A DNA stretch of 39,586 bases, taken from sequence record MZ311862.1. One strand, given 5' to 3'. Position 1 is the stretch's first letter, and each line of letters opens with the position of its first letter. Shown here piece after piece: positions 1 to 9,895 of this stretch. The notes below the pieces were generated by a model. It saw only the letters and a program-made list of their open reading frames with translations, was not told the origin of the DNA and did no database searches. Origin of the DNA: Escherichia phage vB_EcoP_LNA3. The position numbers and the translations under genes were made by a program.

Positions 1-167
1 ACTACATCGTCACTAAAGCTAGCCGTGAGTTCAACGCTAAGTTCTTCGGTAGCCCAGAGTCTGAACTGTACCTTCGTGAGCAGGAAGCAGAACTCTATCA
101 GCAGGTCATGGAATACGAGATGGATACTGGTCGCTACAACATGATGTCTGACATTGGGAGGGACTAA
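1..167 (+). CDS. tail tubular protein A (gp11), C-terminal part; 5' part is at 39187..39586
   Basis: Translation from base 3 ends ...[54 protein letters not shown], matching the remembered T7 gp11 C-terminus (WIVTKASRQFNNRFFG...). Stop TAA 165..167 overlaps the gp12 ATG. Confidence 0.85.
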   Translation, partial: YIVTKASREFNAKFFGSPESELYLREQEAELYQQVMEYEMDTGRYNMMSDIGRD

Positions 168-2524
168 TGCCGCTTATTACGCAAAGCATAAAAAATCTTA
201 AGGGTGGCATTAGCCAACAGCCTGACATCCTGAGGTTCTCAGACCAAGGCGAGGCACAGGTTAACTGCTGGTCATCCGAGAGTGATGGACTCCAGAAGCG
301 GCCACCTACAGTCTTCAAGCGACGTCTTAACATCGACGTTGGAAGCAACCCTAAGTTCCACCTGATTAACCGTGATGAGCAGGAGCAGTATTACATCGTG
401 TTCAATGGGTCCAACATTCAGGTAGTTGACTTGAGTGGTAAGCAATACTCAGTGTCAGGTGCGGTAGACTACGTTAAGTCCTCCAACCCACGAGATGACA
501 TCCGTGTCGTTACCGTGGCAGACTATACGTTCGTCGTTAACCGTAAGGTTGTCATCAAAGGTGGAAGCGAGAAGTCACACTCTGGTTATAACCGCAAAGC
601 ACGAGCTTTAATCAACCTACGTGGTGGACAGTATGGTCGAACCCTTAAGGTGGGAATCAACGGTGGCGTTAAGGTCTCGCATAAGCTACCAGCAGGTAAT
701 GATGCCGAGAATGACCCGCCTAAGGTGGACGCTCAAGCCATTGGTGCAGCTCTGAGAGACCTTCTTGTTACTGCCTACCCTACCTTCACGTTTGACCTTG
801 GGTCTGGATTCCTGCTAATCACAGCTCCTTCAGGGACCGATATTAACTCAGTGGAGACGGAGGATGGCTACGCTAACCAGCTAATAAGCCCAGTCCTAGA
901 CACTGTGCAGACAATTTCTAAACTACCTCTTGCCGCTCCTAATGGGTATATCATTAAGATTCAAGGTGAGACCAACAGTAGCGCCGATGAATATTACGTG
1001 ATGTATGACTCCAATACTAAGACGTGGAAGGAGACAGTAGAGCCGGGAGTGGTCACTGGGTTCGATAACACCACAATGCCACATGCTCTGGTGAGACAAT
1101 CTGACGGCTCCTTTGAGTTCAAGACTCTGGACTGGTCTAAGCGTGGTGCTGGTAATGATGACACAAACCCTATGCCTAGCTTCGTGGATGCTACGATTAA
1201 CGATGTGTTCTTCTACAGGAACAGGCTAGGGTTCTTGTCAGGCGAGAACGTAATCATGAGCCGTTCAGCAAGCTACTTTGCGTTCTTCCCTAAGAGTGTG
1301 GCGACACTGAGTGATGATGACCCTATTGATGTAGCTGTAAGTCATCCTAGAATCTCAATCCTTAAGTATGCCGTTCCGTTTAGCGAGCAGCTACTACTTT
1401 GGTCAGATGAGGTGCAGTTCGTGATGACAAGCTCAGGGGTCCTTACCTCGAAGTCTATCCAGCTTGATGTAGGCTCAGAGTTTGCCTTAGGAGATAATGC
1501 CAGACCGTTCGCTGTAGGACGCTCAGTCTTCTTCTCAGCGCCTCGTGGGTCATTCACCAGCATTAAGCGATACTTCGCTGTAGCAGATGTGTCTGACGTG
1601 AAGGATGCCGATGATACCACTGGTCACGTACTATCCTATATCCCTAACGGGGTGTTTGACATTCAGGGAACAGGGACTGAGAACTACATCTGCGTCAACT
1701 CTACAGGTGCATACAACCAAATCTACCTCTACAAGTTCTTGTTTAAGGACGGCGTACAGCTTCAAGCCTCTTGGTCTCACTGGGAGTTCCCTAAAGCTGA
1801 TAAGATTCTGGCGTCTGCGTCGATTGGCTCTACCATGTTCATTGTTCGTCAGCACCAAGGCGGCGTGGACCTTGAGCACCTTAAGTTCATCAAGGAGGCA
1901 ACTGACTTTCCGTCAGAGCCGTATAGACTCCACGTTGACTCCAAGGTGTCTATGGTCATCCCAATTGGCTCGTTTAATGCTGACACATATAAGACTACGG
2001 TTGACATTGGTGCTGCTTATGGTGGTAATGCTCCGTCTCCCGGTCGGTACTATCTGATTGACAGTCAGGGTGCTTATTTGGACCTTGGGGACTTGACCAG
2101 TATCTCTACTGTGATTACCCTCAACGGCGATTGGTCAGGACGTACAGTTTTCATCGGGCGGCCCTATCTGATGTCCTACAAGTTCTCACGGTTCCTGATT
2201 AAGATTGAAGATGATAGTGGCACCCAGTCTGAAGACACTGGTCGTCTACAGCTTCGTCGGGCTTGGGTCAACTACAAGGACACTGGCGCTCTGAGACTCA
2301 TTGTCAGAAACGGTGAGCGAGAGTTCGTTAACACCTTTAATGGGTACACCCTTGGTCAGCAAACCATAGGGACTACTAACATTGGTGACGGGCAGTATCG
2401 CTTCGCTATGAATGGTAACGCATTAACCACAAGTCTAACCTTAGAGTCCGACTATCCTACCCCAGTGTCAATCGTTGGGTGTGGCTGGGAGGCGTCATAC
2501 GCTAAGAAAGCTCGTTCCGTCTAA
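167..2524 (+). CDS. tail tubular protein B (gp12)
   Basis: 785-aa ORF directly after gp11, size and position as in T7 (794 aa); GGGAGGG Shine-Dalgarno upstream. Confidence 0.9.
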   Translation: MPLITQSIKNLKGGISQQPDILRFSDQGEAQVNCWSSESDGLQKRPPTVFKRRLNIDVGSNPKFHLINRDEQEQYYIVFNGSNIQVVDLSGKQYSVSGAVDYVKSSNPRDDIRVVTVADYTFVVNRKVVIKGGSEKSHSGYNRKARALINLRGGQYGRTLKVGINGGVKVSHKLPAGNDAENDPPKVDAQAIGAALRDLLVTAYPTFTFDLGSGFLLITAPSGTDINSVETEDGYANQLISPVLDTVQTISKLPLAAPNGYIIKIQGETNSSADEYYVMYDSNTKTWKETVEPGVVTGFDNTTMPHALVRQSDGSFEFKTLDWSKRGAGNDDTNPMPSFVDATINDVFFYRNRLGFLSGENVIMSRSASYFAFFPKSVATLSDDDPIDVAVSHPRISILKYAVPFSEQLLLWSDEVQFVMTSSGVLTSKSIQLDVGSEFALGDNARPFAVGRSVFFSAPRGSFTSIKRYFAVADVSDVKDADDTTGHVLSYIPNGVFDIQGTGTENYICVNSTGAYNQIYLYKFLFKDGVQLQASWSHWEFPKADKILASASIGSTMFIVRQHQGGVDLEHLKFIKEATDFPSEPYRLHVDSKVSMVIPIGSFNADTYKTTVDIGAAYGGNAPSPGRYYLIDSQGAYLDLGDLTSISTVITLNGDWSGRTVFIGRPYLMSYKFSRFLIKIEDDSGTQSEDTGRLQLRRAWVNYKDTGALRLIVRNGEREFVNTFNGYTLGQQTIGTTNIGDGQYRFAMNGNALTTSLTLESDYPTPVSIVGCGWEASYAKKARSV

Positions 2525-2531
2525 CTTATTG

Positions 2532-2581
2532 AAGGGCCTATAGATTTACCTTAACTATCACTATAGGGACTATAGGCCCTT
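2532..2581 (+). promoter_or_regulatory. perfect 12-bp inverted repeat (AAGGGCCTATAG / CTATAGGCCCTT) enclosing the gene 13 promoter; candidate RNase III site (T7 R13 position)
   Basis: Arms at 2532..2543 and 2570..2581 are exact reverse complements; the 26-nt loop holds the promoter core. Confidence 0.5.
2551..2569 (+). promoter_or_regulatory. phage RNA polymerase promoter (phi13 position)
   Basis: TTAACTATCACTATAGGGA, one of 11 copies of the conserved 19-mer; sits 32 bp upstream of the gene 13 start. Confidence 0.8.
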
Positions 2582-2600
2582 AAGGTTATAAGGAGACTTT

Positions 2601-3071
2601 ATGTATATTCGCAAGGCTACGGAACCGGATGTCCACTACTTTCTGTGGCATCTTTCAGCAGATGATGTTAATGAGTGCAAAGCAAACTATGGGTCAACCG
2701 TTGGTCTCTCTGAGAGACTGCTTAAGCATCTATCTCCTTCATCTGTGGTTTTAACGAACTGTGTAGGCGAAGTATTTGCCTATGGTGGAAACCAAGGGGA
2801 TAACGTATGGTTCTTGACTTCAAGTCTTGTCGAAAGGTTAAGTCCGAAAGACAAGCGGGAGTTCATTCAGCGCATCTCTGAGTACAGGGACTTAATGTTA
2901 GACCAATACGGGACCATCTGGAACTACGTGTGGTCAGGCAATAAGTCTCACATTAGATTCTTGCGGTTACTGGGAGCTAAGTTCCACCATGATGTGACTA
3001 TCAGTCCAGTAACAGGTGAGCGTTTTCAATTATTCACAATCTCTAAGGAGGACGTATGTGCGAACCCGTAA
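2601..3071 (+). CDS. internal virion protein A (gp13 position)
   Basis: 156-aa ORF with AAGGAG Shine-Dalgarno, between gp12 and gp14 as in T7; assigned by synteny only. Confidence 0.6.
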   Translation: MYIRKATEPDVHYFLWHLSADDVNECKANYGSTVGLSERLLKHLSPSSVVLTNCVGEVFAYGGNQGDNVWFLTSSLVERLSPKDKREFIQRISEYRDLMLDQYGTIWNYVWSGNKSHIRFLRLLGAKFHHDVTISPVTGERFQLFTISKEDVCANP

Positions 3072-3643
3072 GTATCGGTTTAGGTATCATGGCTGTAGCC
3101 GGGGCCACTATGTCCGCATCTCAACAGGCCAAAGCTGAGGGTGCTGCTATCGACGCTCAGAACAGACAGGCTCAGGAAATGGTTAAGCAGATGAACTACT
3201 CTGACGCCAACCTGAAGATGCAGGAGCGAGACCTGAAGGAGCAGCAGATGGCTGAACTGACAGAGACCACGTTAAATGGTATCCGCAATCATGGTATGGT
3301 CCGAGCTGCTGTAGCTGAGTCCGGTCTGGAAGGCAACTCTATGGACAGGATTGAACGTCAGGTCGCTGGAGACACAGTCAAGGAGAGAGCCGGGATTACC
3401 GAAAGCTACAACCGTGACTATGCGGCTATCTTCGGGAACCGTATCGCCAACATTGAGAACACCAAGTCTGCTATCCGTGGTCAAGGTACAATCATCAAGA
3501 CCAGCCCACTAGCTCATGCACTTAATGTTGCTAACGCCGGGATGCAGGGGTACGCTGCTGGTAAGTCAATATCTGGGGCATCAAGCTCTGGTGGTTCTGC
3601 ACCGATTAGTGCTGCTAAAGGCACACCTACAGGTCATAGCTAA
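3056..3643 (+). CDS. internal virion protein B (gp14)
   Basis: 195 aa starting MCEPVSIGLGIMAVAG..., hydrophobic N-terminus, Gln/Ala-rich, as in T7 gp14 (196 aa); TAAGGAGG upstream. Confidence 0.85.
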   Translation: MCEPVSIGLGIMAVAGATMSASQQAKAEGAAIDAQNRQAQEMVKQMNYSDANLKMQERDLKEQQMAELTETTLNGIRNHGMVRAAVAESGLEGNSMDRIERQVAGDTVKERAGITESYNRDYAAIFGNRIANIENTKSAIRGQGTIIKTSPLAHALNVANAGMQGYAAGKSISGASSSGGSAPISAAKGTPTGHS

Positions 3644-3654
3644 GAGGAGGACTA

Positions 3655-5937
3655 ATGGCTAGTAATATTGAATCAGCTCTGGCTAATCGGACTATGGGTC
3701 GCGGCAGAGCGCCGGGTAAAACTATCGCCGTCAACTATCAAGCAGCCAACGTTCAGGCTCCGACTGGGGACTCCGGTCTGGCTCGTGCGTTAACCAACTT
3801 CGTTGAGTCTGGGACTGGATTGTACAAGCAGTTCAAGGACGAGGAGAAGACCAGAGCTGACGAGCGGTCTAACGAGATTATCCGTAAACTGACACCTCAG
3901 CAAAGACGTGAGGCTATCCAGAACGGCACATTGCTGTATCAGGATGACCCTTACGCTATGGAAGCACTTCGAGTCAAGACTGGTCGTAATGCTGCCTTTG
4001 CTGTAGACGACGAGATTAACGTTAAGATTCAGAACGGTGAGTTCCGTACACGTCAGGACATGGAAGAGTATCGCCACCAGCGACTTCAGGACGCCGCTAA
4101 GTCCTATGCTGAAGAGGCGGGTATTAACCCTACAGACGAGTTCTTCCAGCGTGGGTTCAACGATAACATCACAGACCGAAACATCGCTATCTATGGGTCT
4201 TTCAATAAGTATTTCAGCAAGCAGTCTGAAGAGACAGCAATGTTGAACACTCGTATTGAGATGAACTCATTCCTGAACGATGGCGACCTGATGCGTTCAC
4301 CTGAGTCTGGCAAGACATTCATGGCCTACCTTCGGGATGGATTGACGACTGCTGCTATACCTTCGGACCAGAGAGCACGAGAGGTCATCACCCAGACGGT
4401 CCGTGACGCAATCCAGAAGTCAGGAGGCTCAAACTTCCTACAGCAAGTCCGTGGCGAGCGTATCACCCTTAACGGTGTTGACGCTACCATCGAAGAGATT
4501 GTAGGACCTGACGTCTTCAATGCTGCTATGGTTGAGGCCCAAGGTACTGAGTATAAACTGGTGGCTAAGTATCAGGAAGACTTGTCGTTAGGCGTTCAGT
4601 CTGCGATTCTTCAGGATGACCCAACCATCGGTCTGGCCCAGATTCAGAAACTCAAGGAGCAGAACAACCTGCTTCAGCCGGGTGAAGAACTAACGCCTCA
4701 GCGTCAGATGCTTATTAATGCCGAAGCCAGCTTACTGGAAGCTGTCAAGCGTAAGTCCGCTGAACAGGCTAAGGAGAACACTAAGTTAATCCAGACCCAG
4801 AATAAGCAACTGGTCATTGACCAAGTTTATCATCGACGTCTGGCTGGGGACAACGTGTCCACCAACTATGAGGACCTTCCGGTCTCTGAAGCTACAGGAG
4901 AGTTCAAGCGTTCAGACATGAACAACTATGCGTCTGCCAAGCTACAGCAGATTGACCAGATGGACATCCCTGAGGCTTCTAAGGACGCCCAGAAGGTTGC
5001 ATTGTTAAGGGCTGACACTAACAACGGTCCGTTCCGTAATGCCTTCCAGACTCTTACTCAGGACGCTGCTGGTGAGTGGCAGGCTGCGGTCATCCGTGGA
5101 CAGTACGACCCAGACAAGATGCAACGCTTCGAGTCTCTTCGTCGTGCCTACACTCAGGACCCTTCAAGTTTTGCTGCTCTGTATCCTGACCAAGCTCAGT
5201 TGTTCTCTACGTTCGACCAGATGGACAAGATTGGTCTGGACCCTCAGACGATGATTGAAGCTGATAAGCAAGCTGCAAGTCAAAGCAGTGAGATGCGCAT
5301 TGAGTCAGACAAGGCGTGGCAGGAGTTGAAGAACGACTCTCGGAATAAGGACCTTTCGCGTCTTCCTACGTCTCTGGACGCAAGTGCTCGTAAGGTCTGG
5401 GACTCATGGTACTATCGTACAGGTAACGCTGACGCTGCAACTCAGCAGACTCAACGCTGGCTGAATGAGAACACCGTAACGTTCCAGTCTGAAGGTTCTG
5501 ATGGTAAGTCAATCGGCATGGTGTCCAAGCACCAGCTTATGGTCGGGGATAACCCAGAGTCGTGGCAGGTTGGTCGAGACATTATCGACACCGCTCGTAA
5601 GCAGCTCATTAAGACCAACCCTTGGGTAGTGAACTCTCAGTTGTCCGTTGTTGAACAGAACGGCTCTATCTTCCTCCAAGACGCTACAGGGACTATTCGT
5701 ATTCGCTACGATAAAGAACTTGTAGGTAAACTCTACCGCGAACAACAGCAGAAGGCACAAGATGCCGCATACGCTCAGGCAGAACGTGACGCTAACAAGC
5801 GAGCGCGTATCGTCGGGACTAAAGCTGCTGGTGACAAACGTCGAGCTGACCGAGAGGCCAACATCGAGAAGCGCGGTGGGATGTACAATGACGTCTCACT
5901 GGAGGGTATCGCAAACACCTTAATCGGTAAGGAGTAA
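3655..5937 (+). CDS. internal virion protein C (gp15)
   Basis: 760-aa ORF at the gp15 position (T7 747 aa); strong Shine-Dalgarno. Confidence 0.85.
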   Translation: MASNIESALANRTMGRGRAPGKTIAVNYQAANVQAPTGDSGLARALTNFVESGTGLYKQFKDEEKTRADERSNEIIRKLTPQQRREAIQNGTLLYQDDPYAMEALRVKTGRNAAFAVDDEINVKIQNGEFRTRQDMEEYRHQRLQDAAKSYAEEAGINPTDEFFQRGFNDNITDRNIAIYGSFNKYFSKQSEETAMLNTRIEMNSFLNDGDLMRSPESGKTFMAYLRDGLTTAAIPSDQRAREVITQTVRDAIQKSGGSNFLQQVRGERITLNGVDATIEEIVGPDVFNAAMVEAQGTEYKLVAKYQEDLSLGVQSAILQDDPTIGLAQIQKLKEQNNLLQPGEELTPQRQMLINAEASLLEAVKRKSAEQAKENTKLIQTQNKQLVIDQVYHRRLAGDNVSTNYEDLPVSEATGEFKRSDMNNYASAKLQQIDQMDIPEASKDAQKVALLRADTNNGPFRNAFQTLTQDAAGEWQAAVIRGQYDPDKMQRFESLRRAYTQDPSSFAALYPDQAQLFSTFDQMDKIGLDPQTMIEADKQAASQSSEMRIESDKAWQELKNDSRNKDLSRLPTSLDASARKVWDSWYYRTGNADAATQQTQRWLNENTVTFQSEGSDGKSIGMVSKHQLMVGDNPESWQVGRDIIDTARKQLIKTNPWVVNSQLSVVEQNGSIFLQDATGTIRIRYDKELVGKLYREQQQKAQDAAYAQAERDANKRARIVGTKAAGDKRRADREANIEKRGGMYNDVSLEGIANTLIGKE

Positions 5938-5942
5938 TAATA

Positions 5943-8900
5943 ATGGCGACTCGTGGTATTCGCAATAACAATCCGGGTAACATCCGGGTAAGTAAGGACC
6001 AATGGGAAGGAATGACTGGAGATGATGGCGCATTCGTCACCTTCGATAGTCCAGAGTCTGGCGTCCGAGCTTTAGGTAAAAACCTGCTGTCCTACGGTCG
6101 CCGAGGTTATGACTCCATCGAGAAGATTATCAACCGATGGGCACCTCCTAACGAGAACGACACTAAGGCTTATATTGACTCAGTGGTGGCTGCAACCGGT
6201 ATTCCAGCTACCCAGAGTCTCGACCTATCGAACCCGGACACCCTGTCTGCTCTGGCGCAAGCTATTAGCTTCCAGGAGACAGGCTCCCGGTACAATCCTG
6301 AAGTCTATCAGAAGGGAGTCGCACGGGCACTCAATGGCATTAGCCCAAAGACTCCACCAGTAAGCGCTAACGTATTTGACGCACTCACGGAAGGACTCAA
6401 GGCTAAACCTAAAGTAGCTCTGGGCGAGAACCTTCCGACCGCTGCTGGTCTAAACATTGAGGGTCAAGCACCTGAAGCTCCCAACGAATCGTTCGGTGAG
6501 ATGTTCTATAAGTCTACTGGCGAGACCATGCAGGAACGAGAGGATCGCTCTACGTGGTTCGGTTTCGGCTCGGCTACAGAAGCTGAAGTGAAGAACTCTA
6601 TGATCGGCGTGGCTATCCGCGCTGGTCAGACCGAGGACTCACTTGATGTCATTGGCGATGTGTTCAACCCTACCCGCTGGAACAACCATAAGTGGTCTCG
6701 TGAGGAGCTGGACCAGATTCGTAACGCTGGAGTTCTCCCTCAGTATTACGGTGTCATTACTGGCGGCTCCCCTCAGAACCTGACCGAGCTTATTAACTTA
6801 GCGCTTGAGAACCAGAAGTTGGACCAAGAGAAGGCCAAGGCTGGGACTGGTGCTCAGTTAGCTGCTGGTGTGATTGGCGCTGGTGTGGACCCTCTGACCT
6901 ACGTTCCTATCGCTGGACAGATTGGTAAGGGTGGCAAGCTGGTCAACAAGATGTTCACCGTGGCTGCTCAATCTGGAGCACTTGCTGGTGTATCAGAGAT
7001 GGCCCGTACCTCAGTGGCTGGTGGTGATGCTCATGTGGCTGAGGCTATCCTTGGCGGTGCTCTCTTCGGTGGAGGTATGACTGCTATCGCTGATGGTTTA
7101 GGCAGAGCTTTAGGTCGTAACACTAACGAGTTCGCTGGACCAGCCATACGTCTGGAAGCTCGTGAGACAGCCCGTAACGTTGATGGTCAGGACCTGTCTC
7201 GTCTACCTATTCAAGAAGGTGAGGAGACCTTTAGTCATCAAGGCGTTAAGTTCGCTGACGTTCCGAATGAGCCGGGTAGTGTACGACTGGAAGATGGTTC
7301 AATCCTGATTGGTGAAAACCCTCTGAACCCTAAGACACGTCAAGTCTTTGACGAAGTGATTGAGCCAGAACGTGCCGCTGCTGGTGTGAACCTTGGTGGA
7401 CTTACCGAGATTGGCCTGAAGCTGCTTCGGTCTGAGAACCCAGAGATTCGTGGAGTCGCTGCTGACTTAGTGCGTTCACCAACCGGTATGCAGTCAGGGG
7501 CCTCAGGTAAAATCGGGACCACTGCGTCAGACGTATTCGAGAGACTTCGTGCTGTGGACCATCGGTTCTACAACGACATCGACGATGCGGTTACTGAGGC
7601 ACTAAAGGACCCATACTTCCAGACAGCATTCTGGCGAGACTCTGGCGCATTCCGTCAGGACATCTACCAGCGTGTGTCTATGGCTATTGAAGACGGAAGT
7701 GGGAACCTGAAGGCTGAACTGACTCCGGGAGAACTGAAAGTCTATGACCTACTGAAGAACCAGTTTGACGCCAAGCGTGAGATGATGGAGAACCCGGCGA
7801 TGTTTGGTCGTCCAGACTCTCAGTCTATCTTTCCGGGTAGCCGCTTCAATGGAACCTACGTCCCTCATGTGTATAGCAAACAGATGAAGGAGCTGTACAT
7901 CAAGGAGCTTGGGAGTCCAGAGGCGTTGCAGGAGGCCATCAAGAAGTCATGGTTGACCAGCTATGCGTCTCGACCTGAAGTCAAGAAACGCGTGGACGAG
8001 GCACTCTTAGAGTCTGACCCTACGTTGACTCCAGAGGGACTTGCTGCTGCGGTCGATAAGTACGCCAACGATAAGGCTTACGGTATCTCCCACACCGAGC
8101 AGTTCGAACGTTCATCCGTAATGGAAGAGAACATCAACGGTCTGGTTGGTCTGGAGAACAACAGCTTCCTTGAGGCTCGTAACCTGTTCGATAGCGATAT
8201 GTCAATCGTCCTACCTAACGGTCAGACCTTCAGTGTCAACAACCTGCGTGAGTGGGACCTTGACAAGATTGTCCCGGCCTACAACCGTCGAGTTAATGGC
8301 GATATTGCTATCATGGCTGGTACAGGCAAAACCACGAAGGACATGAAGGACTTGGTTGAGACCATGATGAACAAGGCTGGGGATGACGGTAAGTTGAAAG
8401 GTGAAGTATCTACCTTACGTGACACCTTGAAGATTCTAACAGGTCGTGCTCGACGTGATGGTGCTGATGATGCAGCCTTCGCTACCGTGATGCGCACAAT
8501 GACAGACCTATCGTTCTTCGCTAAGAATGCCTACATGGGTGTTCAGAACTTAACGGAGATTGGTGGTATGCTGGCTCGTGGCAACGTTCGTGCAATGCTG
8601 CATGGAGTCCCGATTTTCCGTGACCTAGCCTTCCGTAACAAGAAGGTTGGGGCCTCAGAGATTAAGGACCTGCACAATGTTATCTTCGGTAAGGAACTGG
8701 ATGACTCAATCCGTCCGTCTAAACAGGATGTCATTGACCGTCTGCGATCTTACAGTGACCTCGGTCGTGGTACAGCTACAGCTCTGGGGACTGCCAAGTA
8801 TTACACTGGCGAACTTGCAGTACGCTCTCCGTTCACTAAAGTCCTCAACGGTACGACCAACTACCTGTTAGATGCTGGACGTCAAGGCTTCCTGTCTGAC

Positions 8901-9830
8901 ATCGTGGAGCATAGCCTGACTGGTAGTAAGCGTAAGTTCGATGACCGCTGGCTGAAGACCGCTGGTATATCTGACGAGCAGTGGAATGGCATTAAGTCCC
9001 TAATCCGTGAGTCAGTGACTCGTGGTCCAGACGGGAAGTATACCATCAATGATAAGAAGGCGTTCAGTCAGGACCCAAGGGCTATGGACCTATGGCGTAT
9101 GGGTGACACCATCGCTGACGAAACGTTACTACGTCCTCATAAGCTGTCCAACATGGACGCAAAGGCTTATGGTCCTCTAGCTAAGACTGTCCTTCAGTTT
9201 AAGAACTTCGTCATCAAGTCCATCAATGGACGTACCATGCGAACCTTCTATAACGCCACGAAGAACAACCGAGCGATGGACGCTGCCCTGTCCACTGTGA
9301 TCTCTATGGGTCTTGCCGGTATCTACTACGTGGCTCAGGCTCATGTCAAGGCTTACGCTATGCAGGATGGTCGAGACCGTGACTACCTCAAGCAAGCTCT
9401 AGACCCGACGATGATTGGATATGCAGCTCTATCACGTAGTTCACACCTTGGTGGACCACTTGGGGTAGCTAACCTTCTGGGTGGCATCGCTGGATATGAG
9501 GACACTAAGATGCTCCGTTCGTCTATCCTACCTCGTTCGCCTACAGAGAAGCCTGAACGTTCCATCGCGTATGGTGCAGCTACAAGTGACCCTGTGATGA
9601 ATGTTGTTGGTAACTTCTTGGAGCAGGTGCCAGCTTTCGGATATGCTGCTAACGTTGGCGCTTCGGCTTACAACTTGGCTGGCTACCTCAAGGCTGATAC
9701 TCGTGTCAACGAGCGTGACTACATGACCGGGATGTATAACACCTTCCGTGAACTGGTACCGAACGACCCGATTACTCAGAAGTTGTTACTGGGAACGTTT
9801 GAGGAGCAAGGTATCCACATCAAGGACTAA
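5943..9830 (+). CDS. internal virion protein D (gp16) with N-terminal lytic transglycosylase domain
   Basis: 1295 aa; N-terminus MATRGIRNNNPGNIR...WEGM...FVTFDSPESGVRALGKNLLSY resembles the gp16 transglycosylase motif (T7 gp16 is 1318 aa). Confidence 0.9.
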   Translation: MATRGIRNNNPGNIRVSKDQWEGMTGDDGAFVTFDSPESGVRALGKNLLSYGRRGYDSIEKIINRWAPPNENDTKAYIDSVVAATGIPATQSLDLSNPDTLSALAQAISFQETGSRYNPEVYQKGVARALNGISPKTPPVSANVFDALTEGLKAKPKVALGENLPTAAGLNIEGQAPEAPNESFGEMFYKSTGETMQEREDRSTWFGFGSATEAEVKNSMIGVAIRAGQTEDSLDVIGDVFNPTRWNNHKWSREELDQIRNAGVLPQYYGVITGGSPQNLTELINLALENQKLDQEKAKAGTGAQLAAGVIGAGVDPLTYVPIAGQIGKGGKLVNKMFTVAAQSGALAGVSEMARTSVAGGDAHVAEAILGGALFGGGMTAIADGLGRALGRNTNEFAGPAIRLEARETARNVDGQDLSRLPIQEGEETFSHQGVKFADVPNEPGSVRLEDGSILIGENPLNPKTRQVFDEVIEPERAAAGVNLGGLTEIGLKLLRSENPEIRGVAADLVRSPTGMQSGASGKIGTTASDVFERLRAVDHRFYNDIDDAVTEALKDPYFQTAFWRDSGAFRQDIYQRVSMAIEDGSGNLKAELTPGELKVYDLLKNQFDAKREMMENPAMFGRPDSQSIFPGSRFNGTYVPHVYSKQMKELYIKELGSPEALQEAIKKSWLTSYASRPEVKKRVDEALLESDPTLTPEGLAAAVDKYANDKAYGISHTEQFERSSVMEENINGLVGLENNSFLEARNLFDSDMSIVLPNGQTFSVNNLREWDLDKIVPAYNRRVNGDIAIMAGTGKTTKDMKDLVETMMNKAGDDGKLKGEVSTLRDTLKILTGRARRDGADDAAFATVMRTMTDLSFFAKNAYMGVQNLTEIGGMLARGNVRAMLHGVPIFRDLAFRNKKVGASEIKDLHNVIFGKELDDSIRPSKQDVIDRLRSYSDLGRGTATALGTAKYYTGELAVRSPFTKVLNGTTNYLLDAGRQGFLSDIVEHSLTGSKRKFDDRWLKTAGISDEQWNGIKSLIRESVTRGPDGKYTINDKKAFSQDPRAMDLWRMGDTIADETLLRPHKLSNMDAKAYGPLAKTVLQFKNFVIKSINGRTMRTFYNATKNNRAMDAALSTVISMGLAGIYYVAQAHVKAYAMQDGRDRDYLKQALDPTMIGYAALSRSSHLGGPLGVANLLGGIAGYEDTKMLRSSILPRSPTEKPERSIAYGAATSDPVMNVVGNFLEQVPAFGYAANVGASAYNLAGYLKADTRVNERDYMTGMYNTFRELVPNDPITQKLLLGTFEEQGIHIKD

Positions 9831-9846
9831 ACTATCACTATAGGAA
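9828..9846 (+). promoter_or_regulatory. phage RNA polymerase promoter (phi17 position)
   Basis: TAAACTATCACTATAGGAA, overlapping the gp16 stop codon and 50 bp upstream of gene 17. Confidence 0.75.
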
Positions 9847-9895
9847 ACTGGAGGCGCTACCATAGGTCTCCTTTTAATTCATAACAGGAGGCATA

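Noticed and set aside
1342-1620. 92-aa minus-strand ORF inside gene 12, representative of all minus-strand ORFs in the track (e.g. 3790..4077, 12716..13111, 19234..19515, 22299..22622, 38320..38841)
   Set aside because: Every one is wholly embedded in a well-supported + strand gene, lacks a ribosome-binding site, and T7-like phages transcribe one strand only; treated as chance ORFs.
1605-2057. 150-aa alternative-frame + strand ORF inside gene 12 (likewise 4037..4246, 6109..6363, 14484..14675, 25273..25512, 25657..25887, 29112..29435)
   Set aside because: Embedded in alternative frames of conserved genes, Ser/Leu/Arg-rich low-complexity translations, no ribosome-binding sites.
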